From positions 1 to 35,747 of the forward strand of contig NIVC01004759.1 in assembly GCA_002269645.1 (NCBI GenBank): a stretch of DNA of 35,747 nt. Direction: 5' to 3'. The translations under genes were made by a program, and so were the position numbers. Positions 12,601 through 23,535 of this stretch are shown here, piece by piece; positions within the stretch are counted from its first letter, which is position 1; the number at the start of each line of letters is the position of its first letter. This DNA is from Macrostomum lignano. Taxonomy: Eukaryota. A model generated the notes under the pieces. It worked only from the letters and a program-made list of their open reading frames with translations. It made no database searches and was not told the DNA's origin.

Positions 12601-15600
12601 AATGTTGTGCCCCCCTTCGGGGCGGCCAATAAGAAAGGGACAAAATTTAGTAATTTGAATGAATTAGAAAAATATGCTTTAAAAGCTACAAAAATTTAGT
12701 ATCATACTAATATACAATCACCCCATTTGAGTAAAAATATCATGGACAAAGATATTTGCTATGAATCTCTTTTTTTTCTAAAACTAACAAAAGTACACAA
12801 TAAAAAAACCTTCACAAAAAGTAGCAGCCATTTTCTAGATGGCAAGCCTCCCCCCCCAGACAGCAAGCATCCCCCCCAGATAGAAAGAATCTGCTAGATA
12901 GTAAGCATCCACCAGATAGCAAGCATCCCCCAATAGCAAGCATCTACCAGATAGCAAGCATCCCCTAAAGCAAGCATCCCCTTGAAAGCAAGCATCCCAG
13001 CGATAGCAAGCATCCCCTGATAGCAAGCATCTCTCAATAGCAAGCATCCCTCAGATAGCAAGCATCCCCCAGATAACAAGCATCCCCTAGATAGCAAGCA
13101 TCCCCCAGATAGCAAGCATCCCCCAGATAGCAAGTATCCCCCCAAAAGCAAGCATCTCCCAATACAGAGATATATAGATAGATAAGATAGATAGATAGAT
13201 AAATAGATTGATAGATAGATAGATAGATGATAGATAGATAGATAGATAAGATAGATAGCTAGATAGATAAGATAGGTAAATATAATTTTGCTGCATTAGC
13301 AATCCAGTCTGTTTAGGTCTAGGCTGGCTCTCATTGAAGTTATAAATGAATTTGTTGCATTCAACCAGTGAGTTTTTTCTCTAGCATTCTTATAATGCAT
13401 TTCAAGTTGAATAGTTTGCTTGACTTTTGCAAAAAGCATGTTTTTTGAATATTTAATCCCTTTAACATGGAGCAATTTTTTAGCCAAGATGCATGCACCA
13501 TCACGGGAAAATTTCTGATCAAACAATGCAAATTTGAAGAAAATTGGTCCAGCCATTTTTTCTCTAATTGATTGCATACAAACCATACATGCGCAACTGC
13601 TGGCCGAGCTGGCCGATCCGGCCACCGTAAATTGTGGTGGACCAGGGTAAGTCGCAAAATTGAGTTGACCAAAAACGAAAAAATGCAAGAGGAAAAAGCA
13701 ATATAGGGAAGTAAAATGGTGAAGCAAAAGAAAAACAAGTTGCAGCAGAAGCAAATTAAGTTGCACAAATGATTAGGTAAGTCGCAAAAGGAGCAACTAA
13801 GTTGCAAAAGGATTAGGTAAGTCGCAAAAGGGTTAGGTAAGTCGCAAAAAGGATTAGGTAAGTCGCAAAAGGATTAGGTAAGTCGCAAAAGGAGCAACTA
13901 AGTCGCAAAAAGGATTAGGTCAAGTCGCAAAAAGATTAGGTAAGTCGCAAAAAGGATTAGGTAAGTCGCAAAAAGGATTAGGTAAGTCGCAAAAGGATTA
14001 GGTAAGTCGCAAAAGGAGCAACTAAGTCGCAAAAAGGATTAGGTCAAGTCGCAAAAAGGATTAGGTAAGTCGCAAAAGGATTAGGTAAGTCGCAAAAGGG
14101 TTAGGTAAGTCGCAAAAAGGATTAGGTAAGTTGCAAAAGGATTAGGTAAGTCGCAAAAGGAGCAACTAAGTCGCAAAAAGGATTAGGTCAAGTCGCAAAA
14201 AGATTAGGTAAGTCGCAAAAAGATTTGGTAAGTCGCAAAAAGGATTAGGTCAAGTCGCAAAAGATTAGGTAAGTCGCAAAAGGATTAGGTAAGTCGCAAA
14301 AAGGATTAGGTCAAGTCGCAAAAAGATTAGGTAAGTCGCAAAAAGGATTCGGTCAAGTCGCAAAAAGGATTAGGTAAGTCGCAAAAGGATTAGGTAAGTC
14401 GCAAAAGGAGCAACTAAGTTGCAAAAAGGATTAGGTAAGTCGCAAAAGGAGCAACTAAGTCGCAATAAGAGGGAAGTAAGTCGCAATCAGAGGCGATCAA
14501 GGGGTAGTAGGTGCAAGTGTGGCAGGAGAGCAAAAAAACAGAATAGAAGCCTTCAACCACAGACAAGATCTTTGAAATCAGCAGCCTATGTAACAGTTTC
14601 CCATTGATTTCTTTAACTCCAGAGCAGGGGTCGGCAAAGTCCAGCTCGCGAAGCCCCTCTATCTGGCCCTCGCCCCTCGGGTTCTTTGAAACTTTCTAAC
14701 TAGCAAGGTTGGTGTCTCTTCAACTCTCATCTCTCTCTTCTTCTCTACCTTGCCTCCCCTCTTCTCTCTCTCTCCCCCTTTTCCCTCTTCTCTCTCCTTT
14801 CATTTTTACTCTCCTCTCTTCTCCCCTCTCCTTTCTCCCCTTTTCTCTCTACCCTTTCTCCTCAATGCCCTCTTCTCTTCTCTTATCTTCAGCAAAAATG
14901 TGTGCATATTTTCTTACTTCAAAGTAGAGGGAATAGAAGATTGGAGATAAGCAAACAGAGGAGAGGCGAGCGATGCAATGGGAGAAAAGATAGAAGATGA
15001 GAGAAAAGCTGAGGGAGGAGAGAGATGAGAGAGATGAGAGGAAAGAGGAAAGATATGATGATGGATGAGATCAGAAAAGAGAGGAAAGAGGAAAGAGGAG
15101 AGAAGAAAGGAGATAATAGAGTAGACAAGAGAAGAGAGGATAAGGAGGAGATAAGAGGAGAGTGAAGAGAGGAGAGATAAGAGAGTAGAGAAGAGAGGAG
15201 AGATGAGATGAGAGAGTTGAGTGGAGAGAGACGAGAGGAGAGATAAGATGAGAGAGTAGAGTGAAGTGGAGAGAGACGAGAGGAGAGATAAGAGAGGAGG
15301 AAAGACAGGAGAGAGGAGAGGAAAGAGAGAAGGGATGAGGGATGAGAGAGAAAAGAAAAAGAGGATGAGAAGATTGAGGAAAGGAGAGAATTTGCAAAGG
15401 CCTCAAATCTTAATTTAACATGCATTTACTCCTATCCTTGTTTGCCTTTTTCCTAACTGTTAACTAGTTTTTGTTTGAGCATGACTTCAAATTTAAGAAT
15501 CTATGCAAAATAGTTCCGGAAATTGGAATTCAGTGGTTTCAAAATCTGTGGGTTTTCACAGCTTGTATCTCTACTGGATTTGTATTCTGCATCTGATGAG

Positions 15601-18020
15601 CCATCTGAATCAGGGATCTCATCTTCCATGCCAAATCGTCTAGCAAGTGAAATTATTCTTGAGCTATAGGCCACACTGTATTCAATTCACTTACTTCTAG
15701 ACATTCATGAATCATGACTTTTGTCATTACATGTCTTTACTCATTGTCATCATTACTAATTGCCTCAGGCCGCCACTATGATATACTGATTAGCTGTAAT
15801 AAGAACCACGAAATCTGCACTAATTAGCTAGCGAGGCATTTAGCCTTTAAAATATGGTCATAGTTACTCCTGCCGTTTATCCACAATTCTTTGTTTAGCT
15901 TTCTTACATAGGTAAGTCGCATTTTTGATCGAAAACTAAGTCGCACGGCCAGCGTAATTTCAGAAGTTGCGCATGTATGATACAAACAAACAAACAAACA
16001 AACAACTCATTTTTAGTATATGGAGAAATTAGTTTAATTTTTTGCTAAGAGTATTAATTTTGCATAATATTTTTTGTAGGATTAATTTAAGTTTGTTTAA
16101 ATTGAAAATATTCATAATATTTTAAAATCACTTTGTCATCATGTCGTTTTGTCTGCCAACGAATAGTAAAGTTTTAATAAGTGAAAATATGTCAGTTGTT
16201 GTCATTAATTTGAGATTTGAGATATTTGAGATAACAGTGATTAAGATATCGGGATCATTTCTTAGTAGTAATGACTTAAACGAGTAATTTTTGAATATTT
16301 TTGTTTATATTTAATAAACTACACAATTGAACGAATTCAATGCATTTTCATCATGATATGGCATGACGCCATACTATCTCTTAACCATCTCAAAGCTTCA
16401 AAGCTCAAAAGCAATTAGTCAAGTTAGAATTTATTTTACTTATTATAAGTAAGTTACACACACACAAATTATAAATCCCATTTACAGCCCACTATGTAGA
16501 TTCAATTAAAGCTTATATACGAATAATTGTATTTCTTGGAAACATTGCAATAAGCAAAAATAAAATACATAGACTACATCTAACTCTAAATCTGAAAATT
16601 ACTAGTAAATTCTACTTATTAAAAATAAACTATTAATTAATTTCAGCCATTTATAAAACTTATTTTGCTACTTATTTTAAAAAGTCATTTTGTCTGCCAG
16701 CAGACAAAAAGGCGGCAGACGAAATGACCACGCACCATACAAAGTCCTTGATAACCAAATTTGGTCTGGAGTACACAGATACATGATCTGCACATTGGGC
16801 CATAGGCACCTATTTTACCATATTTGCCATAGGATCCTGTAGCCATAGCTATGGCTATGGCAGAACACTAAATAATATACTCTACTAAGTTCTATTGAAT
16901 GTTGGAATTTTCTGGCATACATGTATATTATTCAGTCTAGCAACAATGTTCTTACTTTTTTTAGCATATATCAGGATATATCCCAACATACATAATAGCA
17001 GATACATTGTGTCAAATGATATATTTTTATATTGACATACAAACCTAATATAAAAATAAGATCTTGTCATTTTTTCTGGCATTAAACTTGGTATACACTA
17101 ATAGTAATACACAATCTAAACTATGGGACTTATGATAGACATTTTTTTAGAAATTTATATGCAAAGTTGAGTGACCTCAACTAAGAATAAAGAAAAAAAT
17201 TATTTATTGATATACCAATGCAAATATTAAATTTTTCTGGCATTCTATATTACACTTATGCCATGGTAAGATAGGGAATTTATAAAAGTTATATATATTT
17301 TAAATATAAATATTACAAAGATTAAACAACAAATGAATTACAAGTGTTGATAACTTTTAATATCTTAATACTTATATAACCCTTTTTTGTCCTAAGTTGT
17401 AGATGCTGCTATTATAGTTTTGCTTTATTTTGACGAGTTGCATTCTTAAAAGTATAGTATTAGGAAATTAGGTTGCCTCTCAAAAAATTCTGGATAAGTG
17501 CCTGCACCCTGCACTACAGGGGCAGACCAAGGGGGGGCCAAGGGGGCCATGGCTCCCCCTCAGCTCTGCCAAAAAATCCTTGGATGTATACAGTATACAG
17601 TAGATGTATTACAAAAGAATGGGCTTAGGATATTGGTACCCTAATTGCAGCTCTGGCCTGACCAGACGTGAGGCTTGCCCCCCCCCTCGATAAAATCCTG
17701 GGTCCACCCCTGCTGCACTATTCTGTAGAGGGGCTAGTAAAAAATACACTGTAATGTAATAAAATTGTACTGAGTCATATTGAGTGCTGCTTAATATTGA
17801 GTGTTACATAAAGTTAATATTCAAAATTTAATGCACTTAATTCGTTAACCCCACGAACTAGGCACGAAGCGAAATAAAAATGTTTTGCCAATACAAAATA
17901 CAACTTACACTTTGCCGCCACAATGTTGCTTTCACGAATTTGTGATGGCTTGCTCCTTCCTTCATAATCTGCCTTAGATTGTTTTGCAGGTGCGGTTGAT
18001 TTTGCGGCTGCTTTGCTCAT
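6614..18020 (-). CDS. CCT4: T-complex protein 1 subunit delta (CCT4), 7 exons
   Basis: Exons 18020-17909, 10457-10405, 10327-10046, 9405-8746, 8011-7881, 7517-7169 and probable terminal exon 6670-6614. Motifs [51 protein letters not shown] and ILKIDDV. Phases match through exon 6; the terminal exon is less certain. Confidence 0.97.
6717..7068. repeat. 22-bp minisatellite (ATTATCTAGAGGAACAGAGGGG) in the last CCT4 intron
   Basis: About 15 copies by inspection. Confidence 0.95.
8270..8712. repeat. 24-bp minisatellite (CCCCATATTGCAGTCACTGTCACY) in CCT4 intron 4
   Basis: About 18 copies; the source of the 8-aa periodic ORFs in the track. Confidence 0.97.
9564..9900. repeat. About 20-bp minisatellite (TATGACCTCCAATCGCACTG) with higher-order variants in CCT4 intron 3
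   Basis: Repeated GACCYCAATCG core alternating with AATAAGAAC/GAGCTATA variants. Confidence 0.9.
12838..13160. repeat. 18-20-bp minisatellite (GATAGCAAGCATCCCCCA)
   Basis: About 16 copies in CCT4 intron 1. Confidence 0.93.
13165..13275. repeat. (GATA)n microsatellite
   Basis: Direct inspection. Confidence 0.95.
13771..14465. repeat. 20-22-bp satellite (GGATTAGGTAAGTCGCAAAA)
   Basis: About 30 units, including GGAGCAACTAAGTCGC and GGTCAAGTCGC variants. Confidence 0.96.
14625..14700 (+). mobile_element. Truncated hAT (Buster-like) terminal fragment
   Basis: CAGGGGTCGGCAAA followed by GGCCC-type subterminal motifs resembles hAT/Buster MITE ends. No partner end was seen. Confidence 0.35.
14722..15390. 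repeat. CT-rich tract (14722-14888) followed by a GA-rich tract (14925-15390)
   Basis: Low-complexity polypyrimidine, then polypurine. Confidence 0.9.
17517..17712. mobile_element. About 196-bp MITE-like element with imperfect TIRs
   Basis: Left CAGGGGCAGACCAAGG and right CCTGGGTCCACCCCTG are 13/16 inverted-complementary, with poly-G/poly-C subterminal tracts. Confidence 0.6.
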
Positions 18021-18864
18021 TTTTAATTGATATAATGGGTAAGTGGATACTTATGAATAATCTGCGCAATGCTCAGCTTGTGAATATGAATGACCACTCA
18101 ACACGAATGCCAATGTAAAATACAGTTGTCAAAGCATTTTCAGTGTAATTGAATTAACAAATTTTTTATGGTTAATCTAAAATAATATGAAGACAAAGTA
18201 TTCGTTTTCCCAAATTAGGTAAATTGTTTTTTTTTTCTTTATCTAAGAAGACTTAGTATTATTGTGTCTGGCCAGATCCATCGTTGTATTGTACTCTAAA
18301 CGAACCATTTTAAAGTAATTGTGCAAAACACTTTATTATTCATAAAATCATAGCATCATTGGTTTCTTATGCCGATGCTGCTACCACCTGGATGCAAGGA
18401 CGACCTTGATTTGTCTTCTTAAAACTAAAAATGTAAAATTGGTAATGGTCCTTATAAATGAAATCCAACTCGACACGGTATTTACGAGAGCTAATGCAGT
18501 GCGTATGCGTATACATTGTATATAACATAAAACACTTTTGAAATTATTTTAATGTCCAAAAATAGTATAGAAAAACATATTAATCAATTTGCGAAAATTT
18601 CATTGAACTTTATGCCTTTCTCAATCTACACGTAGCTGTGGTTGAAAAATCCTAACAATAAAATTCATGCAGTGTCTACCTTTATATACATTTACATATA
18701 TGTAAATTTACGTCTACAAGTACATGTAATTGTGACTTATTAGCACGAATTTAAAATTTCCGGCACCTACTGGTGCGCTACCGCGGCACAAGTCGCTGCC
18801 CGAGGAGAAGGTTCTCGAGACGAGGAAGCGGGCCTGCCTATCGGCTTCATCCGGCTGCTGGAAG

Positions 18865-19229
18865 TTTGCCAAAGTCCAAGTCCCAAAGTCCCAAAGTCCA
18901 AGACCAACCAGTTCGGGTCGACGCCGCATGTCGTTCTTCTGCCACCTGTCCAAGAGTCACCGCTCTGCCCTGTGCGCGCCCTGCGGTCTCACCTGCACCA
19001 GTCACCAGCCAGCGACTCAAGGACGCCGCTTTTTGGCTACGGCCACGGAGGCGAGCTCTCAGCCAGCCAGCTAACATCAGCTGCCTTCGTGCGTGTCTAT
19101 AGCTGCGTCCAGCGAGGGGTGCCAGCTTCTGCCTTCAAATTGGCTTGTAAAAGACTCGGACATTCGGGTCTTTGGAGGCTGAAGATCGGACGCCGTTTTT
19201 CTGCCAGGCCTATCCTGTCTCACCGCTAG
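18865..19229 (+). pseudogene. Decayed tyrosine recombinase of a DIRS/Ngaro-type retroelement (or Crypton)
   Basis: Motifs VQVPKSKTNQFG, LCPVRAL, PLF, RG(G)ASFCLQIG and DSDIRVFGG*RSDAV. Disrupted by an 8-bp duplication, frameshifts and a TGA at 19180. Confidence 0.8.
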
Positions 19230-19647
19230 CGCTCCACTTCTTTATTTGCTTCGCAGTTGCAGGCAGCATCCACCTAACTCTGCTTTCCCGCTTTTACTCC
19301 TTCCTTTCCACTTTGTTGGGGTTGGGATCCGCTTTCTCGGCCACTGCCAGCTTTTTCGCAACCGCTCTGACTTGTTTGGCTCCTTCGGGCCCGTCGCAAA
19401 AAACGAGTCACAATTCTGCGATACAATAAAAGAGCGCATAAAAGTATAATAAAGTACAGAGAGTAGCATATAGAAATTTTTGTAAGTAGAGTTATCCAAT
19501 AGGATATCCCTGCGCCGTCACAAACTAAAAAATAGGATGTACCTTTTGTACTCGTAGATAATGCTTTGTAGGAATAACTACCATTAGATATTCAAAATTA
19601 CATGTACCATCGGTGACACACTACATAACTATAGCTGATAATGTAAA

Positions 19648-22241
19648 TCAGTTCTGATCCAGAAGCTCCTGCTGATCATCTTCGGCGAGCTGAGGAGAGC
19701 AGAACTGTGACTCGACTGTGTACAGGCCGGCCACTCCACAGTGCCTGGCATTGATGAGAGCCACGAAGTTTCTGAGCCGGTAGATCTCGGCGCAGTCGGT
19801 GAACTCGGCCAGCAGGATGTGCGTGAAGGAGCAGCGGGACACGGCCCGGCGGTAGAAGCTGATGCGCCTCAGGCTGGACAGCTGGCGCGGTTGCAGGCTG
19901 CGCAGGATAAACTCGGCGCCGCTCCATTGGCGCCAGTTGGCTTCGAGTTGTTTAGCGTTGCCTAGCAACCGGCAGCTGACAACGATGTAGGCCGAGGCTG
20001 GCGACAACGGGCGTCGGCAGCGGTTGGAAGCGCCGGCATCGTTCGGGTCCATCCAGATGGTGTGCAGCTCGCTGAAGCCGCCTGAGCATTCGGGTGGCGC
20101 ATTGATGGAATGAAACCAAGCTTGGGGTGTCCAGAGAGCAATTATTGAGTGTCTATAGAGTGATTCTTGGGGTGTCTAGAGAGTGATTATTGATCAGAGA
20201 GTGATTATTGAGGTGTCTATAGAGTGATTCTTGGGGTGTCTAGAGAGTGATTATTGATCAGAAAGTGATTATTGAGGTGTCTATAGAGTGATTATTAAAT
20301 CTCCAGAGAGTGATTATTGAGTTTCTATAGAGCGATTATTGGGGTGTCTATGGAGTGATTATTTTGGGTGTCAATAGAGTGATTATTGGGGTGTCTATAG
20401 AGTGATTATTGGGGTGTCTATGGAGTGATTATTGGGGTGTCTATGGAGTGATTATTGGGGTGTCTATGGGGTGATTATTGGGGTGTCAATAGAGTGATTA
20501 TTGGCCATCCAATATTTACACATGCATGCAAGAGGATCGCTCACCTTGATGATGCACCTGGTTGTCACCGTGACCTTCCCGAATCACCTTCACCCAGGTC
20601 GGGTCGTGAATGAAGTTGCTGGTCGGCGGCTGCACGTGAAAAACCGAGTAGCTCAGGTAGGGAAATCGGTCTGGGGGAGTGAGATGAAGAGATGACCAGG
20701 TCTTGGTTACCAAAAATATAAACTGGAAAGTGATTCTAGGAATAGGAGAGTGATTCTAGGAATTAGATAGAGATTCTAGGAATTAGAAAGGGATTCTAGG
20801 AATTAGATAGAGATTCTAGGAATTGAATGTGATTCTAGGAATTAGAGAGTGATACTAGGAATTGGAGAGTGTTTCCAGGAGTTAGAGAGTGATTCTAGGT
20901 ATTGGAGAGTGTTTCCAGGAATTGGAGAGTTTCCAGGAATTGGAGAGTGATTTCAGGAATTGGAGAGTGTTTCCAGGAATTAGAGAGTGATTCCAGGAGT
21001 TAGAGAGTGATTTCAGGAATTGGAGAGTGTTTCCAGGAATTAGAGAGTGATTCCAGGAATTGGAGAGTGTTTCCAGGTATTGGAGAGTGTTTCCAGGAAT
21101 TGGAGAGTGATTTCAGGAATTGGAGAGTGTTTCCAGGAATTAGAGTGATTCCAGGAGTTAGAGAGTGATTTCAGGAATTGGAGAGTGTTTCCAGGAATTA
21201 GAAAGTGATTCCAGGAGTTAGAGAGTGATTTCAGGAATTGGAGAGTGTTTCCAGGAATTAGAGAGTGATTCCAGGAATTGGAGAGTGTTTTCAGGAATTA
21301 GAGAGTGATTCCAGGAATTGGAGAGTGTTTCCAGGTATTGGAGAGTGTTTCCAGGTATTGGGGAGTGTTTCCAGGTATTGGAGAGTGTTTCCAGGAGTTA
21401 GAGAGTGATTCCAGGAGTTAGAGAGTGTTTCCAGGAGTTAGAGAGTGTTTCCAGGAGTTAGAGAGTGTTTCCAGGAGTTAGAGAGTGATTACAGGAGTTA
21501 GAGAGTGTTTTCAGGAGTTAGAGAGTGTTTCCAGGAGTTAGAGAGTGATTACAGGAGTTAGAGAGTGTTTTCAGGAGTTAGAGAGTGATTATGGGAATAA
21601 GAGAGTGATTCTAGAAAGTGGACAATGATTCTAAGAATCTGATAGCAACCTCTTGCTACAGGCCAATATCATCAGGTAGTATTAATTTTTTCACAAACCG
21701 AATGGCTCGACATTTTTTAGCAGCAGCCCGTTGAGAAACTGCGGATGCAGCTCCATCACTTTGGACACGTGCTGAAAACCCTCTTGAAAGGTGCGAAAGC
21801 TCGGAGGCGGAGTGATGGTCTCGAAGAAATTGAATATAAAGTACAGGTTGTCCGATGATGTTGGAGTCTGGCTTTCGTGCTGAGGGATTCATGAGAATTG
21901 AGCTTTACGAGTTGGTTCAGTGACTCACAAGGAGGTTTGGAGGGAATTCTTAAGGGGAGTTGGAGGGCGATTCTCATGGGGGTAAAACAGGCGATTCTCA
22001 AGGGCGTTTGGAGAGTGATTCTCAGGGGAGTTTGGAGGGCGATTCTCAAAATGGTTAGAGGTAAATGTACATGGCAGTTCCTAATAGAAATTATTGGTTT
22101 CCCAGAGGAAACCTTGCTCACCGAAAACGTGACCTTCTTTGCCATCTGTCTGGCAGCGTCGATTCTCCAGAGACGCTCGTTGTCGCCGCCGCTGGAGCCG
22201 TCCTTGGAGCCGCTGTCGCCTCCGCTACCAACCGGCAGCAT
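19648..22241 (-). CDS. Uncharacterised conserved animal protein, DUF7153-like (predicted dimeric alpha/beta-barrel type), about 299 aa, 4 coding exons
   Basis: Exons 22241-22122, 21879-21699, 20670-20545 and 20120-19648 join in phase (900 nt). KVTFS..TP..LYFIFNF and LEANWRQWSGA..LRRISF..ARHCG..GLY resemble an invertebrate family recalled from memory. Start codon uncertain: the frame is open back to the acceptor near 22339. Confidence 0.75.
20122..20500. repeat. 23-bp minisatellite (TTGGGGTGTCTATAGAGTGATTA)
   Basis: Fills almost the whole last intron of the DUF7153-like gene. Confidence 0.94.
20728..21615. repeat. 20-bp minisatellite (TTCCAGGAATTGGAGAGTGT/A)
   Basis: About 44 copies; fills an intron. 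Confidence 0.96.
21945..22052. repeat. About 25-bp degenerate tandem repeat (GGAGGGCGATTCTCAAGGGGAGTTT)
   Basis: About 4 copies, intronic. Confidence 0.75.
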
Positions 22242-23225
22242 TGTTGATGCTCTTCTGCCCTGGTGCTGTTGCTGGTTTCTGTTTGTCTTTCTGCTTCTGC
22301 CTCGACCAAGAAACGGTCGGCATTTATGTACGCAGTAGCTGGGGAAGAACGGGAAGGAATCCCAGTTCGTGTGCTTTTACTGCTGCCTTAACGAGTCCAG
22401 GGGAGCGGGTCTGACACAGGAGGAGGAGGAGCACACTTCCCTCAAACGATTCCATAGTCTGGCTCTGGGCACATGGCAACTAAGAGTGCTCACACCTTGA
22501 GTCCTGAGCAGAGTGGAACAACTGCTGATTTTTAGGGAGAATTGAAGCAATGCTTCACTTATTTGGCTTAGGCTTGAATTTTCCACCCAGGAGAAAATAA
22601 AGGGGCGTTGCCGGCTGCAAATCTCTGCTTCTATTGCACGTCTGCCCAACCCCTTCCTCATTCTGACTGTAGTACTTGGCGAGATCCGCTTTAGTTGCAC
22701 AAAAATCCCCGCCGAGCTCCCGGCTCCACAGCTCGCTGCTCAGCAGAAGGGGGGATTTTTCTCCCCTAAAGACCGGCAGGCAGACTGAAAGACCAGTTTG
22801 AACGGATTTAAAAAAATAGAGAATGAAAAGCAGCCCTCGCACACAGGCTGATTTTGTAATCTTCATATTACAATTCTGGATGGAGTAAAACTTGGCATAC
22901 TACTCACTCAGTGCCGTGTTCAGTAGCGTCTCGTGGTTCAGAATATTTAGATTTTTAGAATATCTTTTACAAAAAATTCAATTAAGAAAACAGAAATAAA
23001 AAACTATTTTAAAAATTGAAACAATAAAAAAATGTCAAAGTACATGCGCTGGTGAGGGACAGTGGAACGGAGCTTTGGTTTACAAACGACAGGCTTTCAT
23101 GTACTCATAAACAAAGCATTACTCATACATCAATGCAGTTTTTGCTGTGAGGCGAAAAAGTCCGGTTTCAGATTTTTCTAAATAATTCTGACCACAATAA
23201 AAACGAAAGCTTAATTGGGAAAAAT

Positions 23226-23475
23226 TTTAGTTGGGAAAACACTGCAGGCCAAGCCAGAAATCCCAAATTGTGAGAATTCCAATAGGGAAAACTGCAGACC
23301 AAGCCAGAAATCCCAAATTGTGAGAATTCCAATGGGGAAAACTGCAGACCAAGCCAGAAATCCCAAATTGGGAGAATTCCAATAGGGAAAACTGCAGACC
23401 AAGCCAGAAATCCCAAATTGGGAGAATTCTAATGGGGAAAACTGGAGACCAAGCAAGAAATCCCAAATTGGGAGA
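23226..23475. repeat. 50-bp tandem repeat x5 just downstream of the TTC12 stop codon
   Basis: Unit AAGCCAGAAATCCCAAATTGGGAGAATTCCAATAGGGAAAACTGCAGACC, with internal palindrome TCCCA-AAT-TGGGA. Confidence 0.92.
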
Positions 23476-23535
23476 ACTTAGTTTGGGAAAAGTATACGGA
23501 AGATTTGAAAATTTGGGGAATTCAAAAAGGGGAAG

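Larger units (their letters stand above)
13296..16026 (-). mobile_element. Probable non-autonomous Helitron-like element with internal satellite and captured low-complexity DNA
   Basis: Minus-strand 3' end CTAA|T at 13296, preceded by the imperfect hairpin CCAGTCT..AGGCTGG. The other end is TC..ATACTAAAA next to a (CAAA)n tract. Perfect 15-bp inverted repeat at 13584-13598/15965-15979. The GTAAGTCGCA motif occurs near both ends. Confidence 0.5.

Noticed and set aside
13296-13807. 156- and 148-aa ORFs
   Set aside because: No recognisable motifs; they lie within the putative Helitron end.
14709-15425. Leu/Ser-rich hydrophobic ORFs
   Set aside because: Translations of CT/GA low-complexity DNA.
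22377-22866. 107- and 103-aa minus-strand ORFs
   Set aside because: They do not join the neighbouring exons in phase and show no motifs.
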